Below are positions 39,691 to 51,841 of a stretch of 64,000 nt of DNA, in pieces. The stretch comes from an uncultured Chloroflexia bacterium (GTDB taxonomy: Bacteria; Chloroflexota; Anaerolineae; CG2-30-64-16): positions 480,001 to 544,000 of the forward strand of contig CAWEMM010000009.1 of assembly GCA_963810095.1 (NCBI GenBank), in the 5' to 3' direction. Each line of letters opens with the position of its first letter. Position 1 is the first letter of the stretch. Position numbers and translations under genes: made by a program. The notes beneath the pieces were generated by a model, which ran no database searches, had not been told where the DNA came from, and saw only the letters and a list, made by a program, of their open reading frames with translations.

Positions 39691-40699
39691 TCATCCTGCC
39701 TGACCCACCGGTCCTGTTGGTGGCACCTCGTCCTGTGGGGCGATCGACGTCGTATCCGTGCGGGGCCCACGCCGGAGCAGGCGGCGGACGATGGTCTCGG
39801 CCACATCGTCGGTCACTGCGCTCAAGCGCCGGCTGGTATCGGCCACCGACGTGACGATGTCGGCGCTCTGGCCCCTGAGTTGATCGCGCACCAGTTCGGC
39901 GAGTTCCGGGTTTTTCGAGATCAACTCGATCACGTCGTCCATGATCTCGCTGATGCCGTTCTCTGCGATCCACCGGCTGATTTGCTCTTCCTGCCGGCCT
40001 TCCGAGATCCAGGACTCCGAGAGGCTGACCAGGCGGTTCAACGTCGCGTTGACGGCCGACGTAACGGGCTGGCGCACCGGCCGGAAGAACCAGGCGTCCA
40101 TCACCCGGTCGGTCGTCCGGCTGACGAGGCCCGCTACGCTGCCCGGCGCCTCCATTGCATCTACGGCAACGCTCCAGGCGCTCCTGCGCGCGCTGGTGAC
40201 CATGCCCAGCAGCCAGTAGCGTAAGAGCGTGCCGCTCGTCTCGTCCTGCACCGCAGCAGCGGCCTGGCCATCAAAGATGTCGGGTGGCGCGGCCGCTTCC
40301 CACTTTTGCCCGCGCTTGACCACCTCTTCCAGGCCGAGGATGACCGCGCCCGCGGCGAAGCGGGTGATGAGCTGCAGGGAACGATTGTCCTGCGCGCGGC
40401 AGAAGGGAGGTGCGGGACGCGGGGACCGCGACCGGGGCACGGGTTGCCAAAGTATTAGCCGCGGCCGCACCGCTCCGGACGCCTTGTTTTTCGCCGCCCG
40501 CCACTGTCCTGCCGCTAACTTTGCCGGTATACTGTGACCCAGCCATAGCTTCCGCCAGCCCCCACTTGTCCTCACTGGTTGTTTCGCCCAGCACGCTGTT
40601 AAGGTCTTTCAGCGTCCGGCGCAGGTCGATCATCTGCTCGTTGCGACCCGTGGCCGGCGTGGCGTTGAACCCGGTACCATCATCTTGACTCGTGGCCAT
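39691..40699 (-). CDS. Hypothetical protein (frameshifted), probably co-transcribed with RDD
   Basis: Coding-like frames MATSQDDG... and ...ITRFAAGAVILGLEEV...VAETIVRRLLRR. Confidence 0.5.
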
Positions 40700-40830
40700 G
40701 CTGGGTTGCTCCCGCGAGATGTTCGACTTCGGGCGCTTCGTCCTCACACCTATTCTAGTACCCCACAGGTTGCAGCGCAAGCGCCGTCCATCCAGAGAAA
40801 TCCTGTACGCTCGTCCAGTCGCGGGCGGGC

Positions 40831-41442
40831 TCAGCCGATGTGAGTGACCGACGGATACTCGGGGAAATGGCGCCGCGCAGGTTCGCTCACATCGCTCGGC
40901 GCCTGCAATACCAGAACGGCCCGCGTCTCCTCGTCGCTGGGATTGCCCCAACGATGCGGCAGATCCGCCTCGAACAACAGAAAGTCGCCGGGACCCAGTA
41001 CGTAGACCTCACTATCGATCTCATAGCGCAGCACGCCGGCAAGGCAGCACACGAACTCCTGCCCTTCATGCGCCACGTGGCCGGTTCCCATGTCAGAATG
41101 TGGGGCCAGCGTGATGTAGAACGGCTCCAGGTGTTGGCCCTCGAGCCGGCCGCCGAGACCCTCGATCGTCAGGCCCGCACCCCGTATCGCGGGGCGTTCG
41201 TGCGGGCGGAAGTGCAGCACGCGGGCGACAGTGTCGCTCTCGAAGAAGTAGCTCATCTTCACGCCCAGCGCTCCCGCGAGTCGTTGCAGCGTCGCTACAC
41301 TCGGCGAAATCTCGTCCCGCTCGATGAGTGAGATCGCGTTCGGCGACAAACTCGCCAGCTCGGCAAGCTCGCGTTGCGAAAGATCGCGCTCCTTGCGCAG
41401 GCCGCGCACACGGGGCCCCAGCGAGAAAGTGCTGTCGGACAT
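40831..41442 (-). CDS. XRE-family HTH regulator with cupin domain
   Basis: LSQRELAELASLSPNAISLIERDEISPS; HEGQEF, FEADLPHRWGN. Confidence 0.92.
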   Translation of the reverse strand: MSDSTFSLGPRVRGLRKERDLSQRELAELASLSPNAISLIERDEISPSVATLQRLAGALGVKMSYFFESDTVARVLHFRPHERPAIRGAGLTIEGLGGRLEGQHLEPFYITLAPHSDMGTGHVAHEGQEFVCCLAGVLRYEIDSEVYVLGPGDFLLFEADLPHRWGNPSDEETRAVLVLQAPSDVSEPARRHFPEYPSVTHIG

Positions 41443-41690
41443 CGTGCTCCTACTTCACACAATAAGACTTAAGTCGTACACAATTTTGGTAGTATTCCTA
41501 TTGCCCGGCGCAGATCCGACCAGTATACTTGATGTGCATGGCCCGCGCCTGGGCCGCGCTGCTATTGTACCATATCCGCCGCTCGACACATGCCAGACCA
41601 CACAAAGCTCCAGGCCGCCTGCCCGGTGATTCCGCTGCAGAACGATCCACAGCAGCGCCAACGGGCCATTCAGCACCATGAGGAGGTCGC

Positions 41691-43028
41691 GTGAAAAGGT
41701 TTATCTACTTAGTGATTGCGCTTGCGTTGGCGATCGGCGCATTCGTGGTCGCACAACAGCCCCCCGCCGTCAACGCTGACAACGGCTCAATCGACACGCT
41801 CAAGATCGAGCTCGGCAAGGCCATGTTCTTCGACAAAGGCCTATCGGCCAACGGGACCCAAGCTTGCGCCGCCTGCCACGCACCCGAGGCCGGTTTCGTC
41901 GGCGCTGATTCTGCCATCAATGCCGGCGGCGCGGTCTACGAAGGTGCCATCCCCAACCGGTACGGCAACCGCAAGCCCCCGACTTCAGCCTATGCCGGAG
42001 ATAGCCCGAATTTGCATCAGGACGAGAACGGGGACTGGTTTGGCGGCATGTTCTGGGATGGGCGGGCCACCGGCGACCGGCTGGGTGACCCGTTGGTCGA
42101 GCAGGCGCAGGGCCCCTTCCTCAATCCCCTGGAGCAGGCGCTGGCCAATGCGCAGGTGCTGTGCGAGAGGGTAAAGAAGGCGTCGTATGCGCAGCTCTTC
42201 GAGCAAGTGTGGGGCGCCGGGACGCTGGACTGTGCCAAAGACGCGAACGGCGTTTACGAGAAGGTCGCGCGGTCCGTTGCGGCGTACGAGGAGAGCCCGG
42301 AGGTCAACCCCTTCAGCTCCAAGTTCGACTTGTTCTGGGACAACGCGCTGGCCAAAGGCAAGGACCCGAGCAAGATCGTGTGCGGCATGGGCCCCCAGGG
42401 ATGCGGCGCCGGGGGGAACAATCCGAACCGGTGGAGCATGTACCGCGGGCTCGGGCTGACCGACCAGGAGCTGACGGGTCTGGCCGTGTTCAACGATCGG
42501 GCCGCGTGCTCCAGCTGCCACACCCTGACTGCTGAGCCGGGAAAGCACCCGCTGTTCACCGATTTCGGCTATGACAACATCGGCGTGCCCAAGAACCCCG
42601 CCAACCCATTCTACAAGATGCCGAAAGCCTGGAACCCGGACGGCAAGAACTGGGTCGACTATGGGCTCGGTGGATATCTGAGGGACGCGGGCCAGCCGGC
42701 CGAGGTGTACGAGCCACAGCTGGGCAAGCAGAAGGTGCCGACACTGCGGAACGTGGATTTGCGCCCGGCCGCGGACACGGTCAAGGCTTACGGTCACAAC
42801 GGCTACTTCAAGTCGTTGAACGACATCGTGCTGTTCTACCACTGGCGCGGTTGCATGGGCAGTGGGATGGGCGGCGGCATGGGCGGCGGCATGGACGGCT
42901 GCATGGGCAACATGTTTGACGCACCCGAAGTGCCCGAGACCGTAGCAACCTTGAACATGTTCCCTCGGCCGCAGGTGGACAACATTGTGGCTTTCCTGAA
43001 GACACTGTCGGATGGCTATAAGCCGTAG
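41691..43028 (+). CDS. Diheme cytochrome c peroxidase / MauG superfamily protein
   Basis: Signal peptide; CAACH and CSSCH heme motifs; FWDGRA, QAQGPF, KVPTLRNV, YGHNG. Confidence 0.9.
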   Translation: MKRFIYLVIALALAIGAFVVAQQPPAVNADNGSIDTLKIELGKAMFFDKGLSANGTQACAACHAPEAGFVGADSAINAGGAVYEGAIPNRYGNRKPPTSAYAGDSPNLHQDENGDWFGGMFWDGRATGDRLGDPLVEQAQGPFLNPLEQALANAQVLCERVKKASYAQLFEQVWGAGTLDCAKDANGVYEKVARSVAAYEESPEVNPFSSKFDLFWDNALAKGKDPSKIVCGMGPQGCGAGGNNPNRWSMYRGLGLTDQELTGLAVFNDRAACSSCHTLTAEPGKHPLFTDFGYDNIGVPKNPANPFYKMPKAWNPDGKNWVDYGLGGYLRDAGQPAEVYEPQLGKQKVPTLRNVDLRPAADTVKAYGHNGYFKSLNDIVLFYHWRGCMGSGMGGGMGGGMDGCMGNMFDAPEVPETVATLNMFPRPQVDNIVAFLKTLSDGYKP

Positions 43029-43098
43029 GCAAGTGGCCGGTCGTTCCGCTCGCCACTAACTGGGCCCGGGCGAGAAGCCCGCTCTGCCGACCCGATAC

Positions 43099-43143
43099 AA
43101 GTGGTCGCCCGTCACGCTTGCGACGGGCGGCCACTTTGTTTCT
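43099..43143 (+). terminator. Intrinsic terminator
   Basis: AAGTGGTCGCCCGTC...GACGGGCGGCCACTT followed by TGTTTCT. Confidence 0.65.
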
Positions 43144-43285
43144 GGCGCCAAGCAGACGGCCGGTGGGTTGCCGGTCACAGTGAGACCAGTCTCCATCCGC
43201 TAGGCTGACTCAGAATGGAATGTGACGGGCTCGCTGCGACTTCCGCGGGGGCCCCGGCCCGCACTTTCGGGGAAGAGGATGTAGA

Positions 43286-43841
43286 ATGCAGAACAAGATC
43301 GCAGCGCCGGAAGGCTTCCGGTACGAGGCGGACTTGCTGCTGCCCGACGAGGAAGCCGAGCTTGTGGCGCAGATCCGAGAACTGCCCCTCAGAGAGTTCG
43401 AGTTCCACGGTTACACGGGCAAGCGCCGGGTTTTCTCGTACGGATGGCACTACGACTTCGAGGAGGAGGCGCTTCAGCCCGCGGACGACATCCCACCGTT
43501 CCTGAACACGGTGCAAGAGCGGGCCGCTGCCTTTGCGGGACTCTCTGGGGCCGACCTGCCGCACACGCTGATCACCGAGTACGGCCCCGGCGCAGCGATT
43601 GGATGGCATCGGGACAAGGGCGTTTTTGCCGACGTGATCGGGGTCTCGCTCCTGTCCTCCTGCAATTTTCGGCTTCGCCGGAAGGTCGGCAGCGCGTGGG
43701 AGCGTTACTCGTTCATCGTCGAACCGCGCTCGGCGTACCTGCTGACGCGGCCCCGCTCGGACAGTGTGGGAGCACAGCATACCGGCCGTCGAGACCTTGC
43801 GCTATTCGATTACGTTCCGCAGCATGCACTCAAGACGCTGA
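43286..43841 (+). CDS. AlkB-like 2OG-Fe(II) dioxygenase; frameshift near 43750
   Basis: EYGPGAAIGWHRD; WEHSIPAV...RYSITFR in the adjacent frame. Confidence 0.85.
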
Positions 43842-43913
43842 CGCACCGTGGCTCGCTTGCGGCAAGGTCGGCGGCGAGACCCTGGTGAAGCATCGACCGA
43901 TGGAGAAGGGGAA

Positions 43914-45858
43914 ATGACCGGCATGGTAGACCCATTCGCAGTGATCCGGCCCCAGACGCCGGCGCACGACTGGCTGCGCTTTGGTGAGGTGAAGCCTGCG
44001 GGTTGGCTGCGCCAGCAGATGCAGCACGATCTGGAGCAGGGGTTTCTGGGATGCCTCGACGATCTCGTGCCCGGCCTTATCTGCGACGACGATATCTACG
44101 GCCGGGACCGGCGAACGATGGGCAGCCGGCATCAGGACCTGGGCACGATTGCCGACGATGAGAGCCTGCGGGTGCAGTACATGTGGTGGAACAGCGAGAC
44201 GCAGTCCAACTGGTGGGACGGTGTCGTGCGGGCGGCGCTGCTGCTCGACCACGGGCCGGCACTCGAGCGGGTCACCGGCTACGTGAACCGGATGCTCGCC
44301 AATCAGGATGACGATGGTTACCTGGGCATCTACGCGCCCGACCTGCGCTTCGCGTTCCGGGGCGAGAACGGCGAGTTGTGGGCGCAGGCAACCCTCTTCA
44401 GAGCCCTACTGGCGTATTACGAGGCGACCGGCGAGCCGCATGTGCTTACGGCAGTGGAACGGGCCGCCCGAGTGACAATGACCGCTTACCCGCCAGGCCG
44501 GTCCCAGCCTTTCCCCGCCGAGACCTCGATGTGCGGCGACAGCCACGGCCTGGTCATCACCGACGCATTGGAGCGCCTGGGACAGCTGACCGGCGACCCG
44601 TCGTTTACGTCCTATGCCGCCTGGCTTTACGAGGCGTTCAGCAAGAGTCGGGTGAGCCTCGACGACGCGCAGTACCGTCACCTCGTGGACCCCGACTACC
44701 GCTTTCGCCAGCATGGCGTGCATACCTACGAGCACCTGCGTCCGTTGCTCCTGGCCGTCTTCGCGACCGGAAATCCTGCGCTCCGCGGTGCGCTCGCCGG
44801 TTACCTGGCCAAGCTCGACCGCTGCCTTGCGCCAAGCGGCGGCCCCATCGGCGACGAGTTCATCGAAGGCCGGGACGCAAGTGCGGGGGAGACCGGGTAC
44901 GAGTACTGCTCGATTCACGAGTTGCTCGACTCGTATACACACCTGCTGCAGAAGACCGGCGCACCGGACTGGGGTGACCGGACGGAGTGGCTGCTGTTCA
45001 ACGCAGGGCAGGGCGCTCGACACCCCGGGGGCTGCGGCATCACCTACTTGCGCACGGACAACTCTGTTCAGCTCACTGGGCCGCTGCATCCCGGCGATCC
45101 GCCGACGCACCACGGGCCGCAGACGCGTTACAAGTACTCGCCCGTGCATCAGGACGTGGCAGTGTGCTGCGCGCCGAACGCGGGCCGCATCTATCCGTAT
45201 TACGTCCGTAGCATGTGGATGCGCTCGGCGGAAGGACTCGTGGCGACGCTGTACGGCCCCTGCGAACTCAAGACCGACGTCGAGGGGTCGCCGGTGCGCA
45301 TTCGCGAGACGACGAACTACCCGTTCGACCTGGCGGTCGTGCTGACCGTCGAGACCGACCGCCCCACCGAGTTCGAGCTTGCGTTGCGGGTGCCGCGATG
45401 GGCGGAAGGCTACACGCTGGGTGGCGCAGAGGATTATGCGGAGCACGAGGGTTTCGTGCGCATCCGCCGTTGCTGGTCGGGCGCCAGCCAGATCACCCTG
45501 AATTTCCAAGCCAGCGCGAGGGTGCACCCCTGGGCGGATGGCGGGGCCTATCTCAGCCACGGCCCGCTCGTGTTTGCCCTGCCGCTGGTCGCCGAACCCC
45601 AGCCCGGCCGGGAATACGGGCGGGGCTTCTGCGATCTTCGCTATACCCCTGCCGCCGACGCCGTGCCTGCGCTCGCGCTGCCGCCCCGGCCGGCCTTCAC
45701 CCTCGCGCGATGCCACCTGCGATCCGTCCGAGCCGTGGGATTCGGTCGCACTGGTCGGGTCACTGCGGGCTTCGGGAACCGGCGCGGATACTCCCGTGCG
45801 TCTGGCGCCCATGGGCGGGACGGTGCTGCGCTTGGTGACCTTTCCGGTGAGTGCGTGA
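43914..45858 (+). CDS. GH127-like beta-L-arabinofuranosidase family; frameshift near 45715
   Basis: VKPAGWL, NQDDDGYLG, HGVH, YEYCSIHE, VCCAPN, ETTNYPF, LRVPRWA, HGPLVFAL. Confidence 0.82.
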
Positions 45859-45891
45859 GGCAGCCAGGCCGTACCTCGCCTGCTCGCCGGG

Positions 45892-47722
45892 CTACTCCGT
45901 TGGGAAAAGCATGGCCTCGGCGAAGTTGCGCATGAAGCGGGGCGCGCGGGCCAGCTCGATGTAGCGGACGCGCGCCGCGATGTCGGCTGCGTGCCGCCGC
46001 ATTGGGCGCGAGACGAGGGCCAGCCGCGCACCGGTCCCGGCCGCGTTACCCACCTGCACCACCCGCTCCACGGGAACGTTGGGCAGCATGCCGATGGTGA
46101 TCGCACTTTCGACGTCGATGTAGGTGCCAAAGGCGCCGGCAATGATGACCTGGTGCAAATCGCCCGCCGTGATCCCCGCATCCTGGAGCAGCGTGTCGAT
46201 GCCCGCCCTAATCGCACCCTTGGCCAGTTGGAGCTCGCGGATGTCGTGCTGGCTGACCGCGATGGTGCGGCGGTTGCCCGATTCTTCTGGGCCGGCAATC
46301 ACGAATTCCCTGTCTCCGTCGGTCTGCCGGGTGCGGTCGCTCTCGAGCAGACGCCCCCGCCCGTCGAGCAGGCCGGCGAGGCGCAGCTGCGCCACGACGT
46401 CCAGCAGGCCCGAGCCGCACAACCCGACCGGCGGCTGGTCCTCGATGGTCTTGTAGGCCACCTTGCCCGGCCGTCCGTCCGTATCGCGCTCGATCCTCAC
46501 CCGTTCGATAGCACCCGGGGCAGCCCGCATGCCAGCCTGTATGTGCGCGCCCTCAAATGCCGGGCCCGACGCGCAGGAGAGGCTGGTCATCTTGCTCTTG
46601 TGGGTCAGGCACATCTCGGTGTTGGTGCCGATATCGATGGCAAGAACGGTGTCGCGCCGGCTCGATAGACCCGTCGCGAGCAGCATGGCGACGTGATCTG
46701 CGCCGACATAGCCTGCGATGTTGGGCAGCAGGTGGACGTGGGCGCCGGGCGCAATCTGGAGGCCGATGTTGCGCGCCCGGCCGTGGATGGCCCCGCGCAG
46801 CGCGGGCACGTAGGGTGCAGACGCGAGCTGGGCCACGGGCAAGCGCAGGAAGAGGTGGTGAATCGCAGTGTTACAAACGACCACCGCTTCCACGATGTCG
46901 CGGGCCGAAGCACCGATTTCGGCACACGCCGCAGCGGCGAGCTCGCTCAGCTCGCTCGTCAACAGCTCCTGCATGCGGAGCGCCTCGGCCGGGCCCCGGC
47001 TCGCGTACATCAGCCGGGCGACGACATCCTCCCCGTACGCGATTTGCGGGTTCATCGCGCCGCGCTTCGCCAAGGTCTGCCCCGTCAGCAGGTCGACGAG
47101 ATAAGCCGCGATTTTGGTCGTGCCGATGTCCACGGCGAGGCCGAGCCAGGGGGTGTCCGCTCGGCCCACATGCATGATGTCGCGGCCGTGGAGCGTGATG
47201 CGCCCTTCCCAGCCCAGCTTGCGGAACTGGGTGCTGGCCTCGCGGATCACCTCCAGGTCCTGGTGATACGGGACAATGCCGGTCGCCGCATGCACGGCAT
47301 CGTAGAGGCGCTGGTCGTCCGCACGCAGGTCCTCGAGGCTGGGGGGCTCCATCCGCACGACGCATTGTGACACGCCTGGCTTGACTTCGACCTCAACGTC
47401 GAGCCCTTCGATCTGCGTCCGCTGCAGGGCCGTGAGCGACTCGGGCGGCACGTGCACCTTCACGTCGCTCTCGGGGAACGACACGGCAGGCCAGCAGGTA
47501 GCCGTGATCGAGCTCGGCCTGCGTCAGGCCCCGCCGCGCGCCGCCCGCCGCCTCCCTGACCTCGCCCGAGATCACCTGCACCTTGCAGCGGCTGCACGTG
47601 CCCGCACCGCCACAAACGCTCGCCAGGTCGACGCCCAGGCTGCGGGCGGCATCCAGCAGCGTGCCGCCGTCGGGGCAGGGGCCGCGGCGGCCAACGGGCT
47701 CAAAGTCGATGGTGTAGGGCAT
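45892..47722 (-). CDS. ATP-dependent reductive activator of corrinoid proteins (RACo/ASKHA, DUF4445) with N-terminal 2Fe-2S domain; frameshifted
   Basis: CGGAGTCSRC...LLAC; VDIGTT, GEDVVAR, IDIGTNTE, GPAFEG, GLCGSG, AGAFG, GNAA. Confidence 0.93.
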
Positions 47723-47804
47723 GCACGTAACCTTTGCGGTCGGGGTCAGGCCGGGCGCCAGGGCAGCCGGGCGGCTGTCGCCAGAAACCCGGCTCCAAAC
47801 GTGG

Positions 47805-49022
47805 CTACCGCACTTTCGCCACCAGGCCGGCGATGAGTCCCACCAGCGCCATGACGGCGAGGCTGGCAAACGCCACCGGCCAGCCGGCAGATTGGGCGAG
47901 TGTACCAAAGATGATCGGACCGAGCAACATGCCCGCGTTTTGGCCGACCATGATGATCGCCATCGCCAGCCCGCCGTGCCGCTCGTCGCCGGCCGACTCG
48001 ACCGCGCCGGAGAAGATCGCCGTCGGGACGAGCCCGAGGGCCACGCCGCTCGCGATCAAGACGAGGACGAGGGCCGTACCCGTTGCAAAGCCCACTAACG
48101 GCAGCAGGACGATGGAGGCGGCCAGGCCAAAGAGGTAAGGCTTCTTCCGCGAGCCGAGCTTGTCCGAGATCACACCACCCGCCGGCGCAGAGAAGATGGT
48201 GATCAGCGTCGGAATCGCGGCAAGCAGCGCGGCCTGGCCCAGGGGCATGCCCCGCTGGGCCGACAAAAACGTCGGGATGTAGGTGCTGGAGCCAATGACC
48301 GCAGCGCAAAATGCGCCGAAGGCCGCCGCGAGGAGCCAGATGGTCGGGTTGCGCAGCACCTGCCGCGAGTCGACCGCGCGGCGCGAGGCCCGGCCGGATG
48401 ACTGCGCCGCCCGCGGCTCCAGCGGCGCCGGGCGCACCACTGCCACGTAGAGCAACGTGACCGCGGCCGCGTAAATGACGCGCCAGCCACCAGACCGCGC
48501 GCCAGCCGAATGCCGCGGCCACCGGTGGCGGCGCCACAATCAGCGTCACCGCGGTGCCCACCGGAACCCAGGCCGACCAGACGCCCATTGCCGTCCCGCG
48601 GCGCGAGGCCACAAACCACTGGGCGATGAGCGCGGGCGCGAGGACGGCCATGAAGCTCGTCCCCGCACCTTCAATCACCCGGCTGATAAGGAGTTGCCCG
48701 GAACTACGGCTCAGCGCGCCCAGGACGCCGCCGATCACGATCGAGCCGCCGGCAATGAGCCCCGTGACGCGGAAGCCCACCCGCTGGAGGATGAACCCGG
48801 ATGGGATGGCGAGCACCAACCCAGTGATCGCATAGACCGACATGAGCAAGCCCGCGCCCGAGACCGAAAGGCCCAGGCTGGCCATGAGGACGGGCATAAT
48901 CGGGCGGCACCTTGAACTGGTTCAAGGGCGCGGCAATGCTGAAGAGCAGCAGGACGGCCAGGATCACCCAGGCCATCGTCGACGCGGCCTGTGAGCGAGC
49001 CGAGATACGTGCGACTTGTCAT
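47805..49022 (-). CDS. MFS transporter; frameshifted
   Basis: NQFKVPP, SRVIEGAG, RRGTAMGVW, GVISDKLGSRK. Confidence 0.85.
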
Positions 49023-49129
49023 AAATCACGCCTTAATCGAACGTCGCGGCCATCCCGGATGAACGAATGAGCGCGGCCTTCGGTCGCGGGCTTCGTATTC
49101 GATCATTCGAGATGGCCGCGCTTCGTTGC

Positions 49130-50399
49130 CTAATACACGCCGAACTCGCGGGTGGCATCGACCCACGCGCGGACGTTTTCCAGCTTGCAGCCTTCCATTT
49201 CGCCGACGCCCGTGCACATGATGAACCCACCGCCCTTGCCGACCTTCTCGCAGAGCTGCCTGGTCCAGTCGCGCACTTGCTGGGGCGTGCCGCTCTGCAG
49301 CAGCGAGTTCTTCATGCCGCCCATGATGCACATGGTGTCGCCGACCACGTCCTTGACCTTGAAGATGTCGGACGACTGGAAGAAGCCGACGGTTTTGCCC
49401 TTGGGCAGCTCGCAGAGGTATGGCAACCGCTGGTCCCACACGCCTTCATAGAAGACGACCGGCGTGATACCGGCCTCGACCAGCCGCACCTGCATTTCCT
49501 TCAGCTGCGGCCAGTAGAACGTCTCGAACTGCTTGATCGACATGAACCCGTCTGACCCGCGGTGCAGGGGGATGAACGCGACCTTCAAGGCCGGTGATCT
49601 GCGCGAAGCTGAAAGCGAATTCCAGCTGCAAGTCGAGCACGACGCGCTCTGCTGCCAGCAGCTTGTCGGGCCGGCGCAGCATGTCGAGCATGATGCCGCG
49701 CATGCCGCGCAGCGTGTCCGACATGAAGTCGAACGGCGCTTCGGTGAGTGAGCCGGCCAGCGGCGGCGGCGGGAAGCCGAGCGCCAGCAGGCGGGCAGTC
49801 GACTCGCCGAGGTTGGCTGCGTCCTGCAGCGCGGCCTCGTTCGCCTTGCCCAGCGCCTGGAGCGCAGCCATCACCGGGGGATTGGCGAAGAACGGCAGGT
49901 TCGGCAGGTTGTAGTGCCCGAACGCGAACATGCCGAGGGGCGGCAGGGCCGCCAGGCCCTCCAGTTCCTTGAAAGCCCGCGGCAGGTACTTGCGGATGGT
50001 CCAGTCGGACGGGTCGCGCAGGAACGCGTCGTAGTCTTCGCCCTTCATAAACTCGTGCTCGTCAAACTGGAACGAGCCGGTGTCGGGCAGGCCGTAGCCC
50101 GGCCACTTCGTCATGCGGTCGCCCAGCACCAGCGACGGCCGCGGGCTGTTGTAGAGGCCCATGACCGTGTCCGGCTCAAACTCGAGCGCGAACTTCTCCG
50201 TCAGCTCCTGCGCCTTCTGAAAGTTGTCCTGCTGCTCGCGGTGCGTGATCCCGCCGTACTCGGCCAGCAGGTAGCCGGCGGCCAGGTTGATCGGGATGCG
50301 GTCCGGTTGCTTGAGCGCCATTGCGTCCTGCAGGCGCTTGCTGCGCTCGGCCAGCAGTTGTTCGGGGCCCTTGCCCGCGTCGAGTGGGTTGTTTGCCAT
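49130..50399 (-). CDS. URO-D-fold corrinoid methyltransferase 1; frameshift near 49590
   Basis: RLQDAMALKQPDRIP, APFDFMSDTLRGMRG, FIPLHRG.DGFMS.KQFETFYWP, GGGFIM. Confidence 0.85.
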
Positions 50400-50485
50400 G
50401 TGAGTGTGCTCCCGCGGACAACGCAGTCCGCTGGTGTATATGGGCGACCTGTGCAGGCCGCTGCGACGGCCAGGACGCCTGGCGA

Positions 50486-51824
50486 TCAGTATACGCCGTA
50501 CTTGCGGCACGGTGTCGATCATCGCGTGCATGTTCTCGGGCTTGCAGTGATCCACGACCGCGCCGGGCGACAGGATGAAGCCGCCGTCGCAGGCGACGTC
50601 GTCGATGCAGCTTCTTCACGTAGGCTTCGACATCCTCGGGCGTGCCGGTGGTCAGGGTCGATGCGGGCACGTTGCCGCCGAAGCAGGCCCAGCCGCCGAA
50701 GCGCCTTCTTGACCTCGTTCATGTCGGTCTTGTCGAAGATCCAGAGGGTCGAGCCTGCCGGGATGTCGGGGTCTCGGGCGATGACGTCCAGGCGCTGGTT
50801 ATAGCCGCCCTCGACGAAGAGGAACGGCACGCAGCCCTCGTTGACCAGGCCCACGATGACCGCCTTGAGCGTCGGCCAGTAGAAGGTCTTGAAGTCCTTA
50901 TCCGACATGAAGCCGTCTGCGCCCTTGTGCAGCGGCATGAAGACCACAGGGACGCTGGTTGGTGGTCGCAGCGCGCACGCCCGATGCATCGGCAAGCGGC
51001 ACCAGCCGCTCCATCGCCGCAAGCACCTTCTTGGGCTGGCGGAACTTGTCCAGCATGATCGCGCGGGTGCCGCGCAGGGTGTCGCCCAGGGTGTCGAACG
51101 GCGCCTTGCACGCGCCGCCGATGAACGGCCGGCAAGCCGAGCGTCGCCATCGACTCGCCGTCGATCGGCCCGATGGCAGACTGGCCCACCGGAGCGCCTC
51201 GCGGCCCGCCTCGAGCAGTTTCTCATACGCAGCTTGCGACGGGGGGCAGCCCCGCGCCGACCATGTAGCCGCCGGTGAAGGGCAGTTCGATCATGTCGGT
51301 AATGGGGCCCAGCATCGACCAGCCGGCGAGCGCTCCGAACACCCGCGGCAGGTAGTAGCGGATGAAGAAGTCGGACGGATCGTTGATCAGCAGGTCGTAC
51401 TCGTCGGCCTGCATGAACTCGCCTTCGAGCGCCTGGTAGGAGGCCGTTGGCGATGACGCCGCGGCCCGGCCACTGGTAGAGCTTGTAGTCGAGGATGTCG
51501 AAGAGCGGGCCCGAGCCGGCCATGCCGCAGCTGACCACCGTGTCGGTCACGAAATCGCGGTTGTACTTCTTGAACGCGTAGCCCAGCTTGTCGTAGTCGT
51601 ACATCGCCTCTTCGGTCGTGATGCCCGCATAGGCAAAGGGGACGATGCCGCTCGTCATCATGAATGGGACGCGCACCGGCTTTTTGCAGCTGGATCACGT
51701 CCTTGAACATCTGGACGCGTTCTTTGTAGGCCGCCTCGGCGCCGGGCGTGGCAAACGGAAAGCCGGGTGAGGCCCATTCTGCAAAGCGCGCTTCGAACTT
51801 CTGCTCGCGAGTCAGGGATGTCAT
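50486..51824 (-). CDS. URO-D-fold corrinoid methyltransferase 2; multiple frameshifts
   Basis: ERVQMFKDVIQL, APFDTLGDTLRGT, FMPLHKGADGFMSDKDFKTFYWP, GGFILSPG, ENMHAMI. Confidence 0.8.
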
Positions 51825-51841
51825 TGTGCTGCTCCTCTCGC

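Noticed and set aside
49130-51824. Pyrrolysine or selenocysteine read-through in the methyltransferases
   Set aside because: The breaks are frame changes rather than in-frame TAG/TGA, and the proteins are URO-D fold rather than MttB/MtmB
49130-51824. hemE (true uroporphyrinogen decarboxylase)
   Set aside because: Lacks the HemE RQAGR motif, and the context is corrinoid methyl transfer
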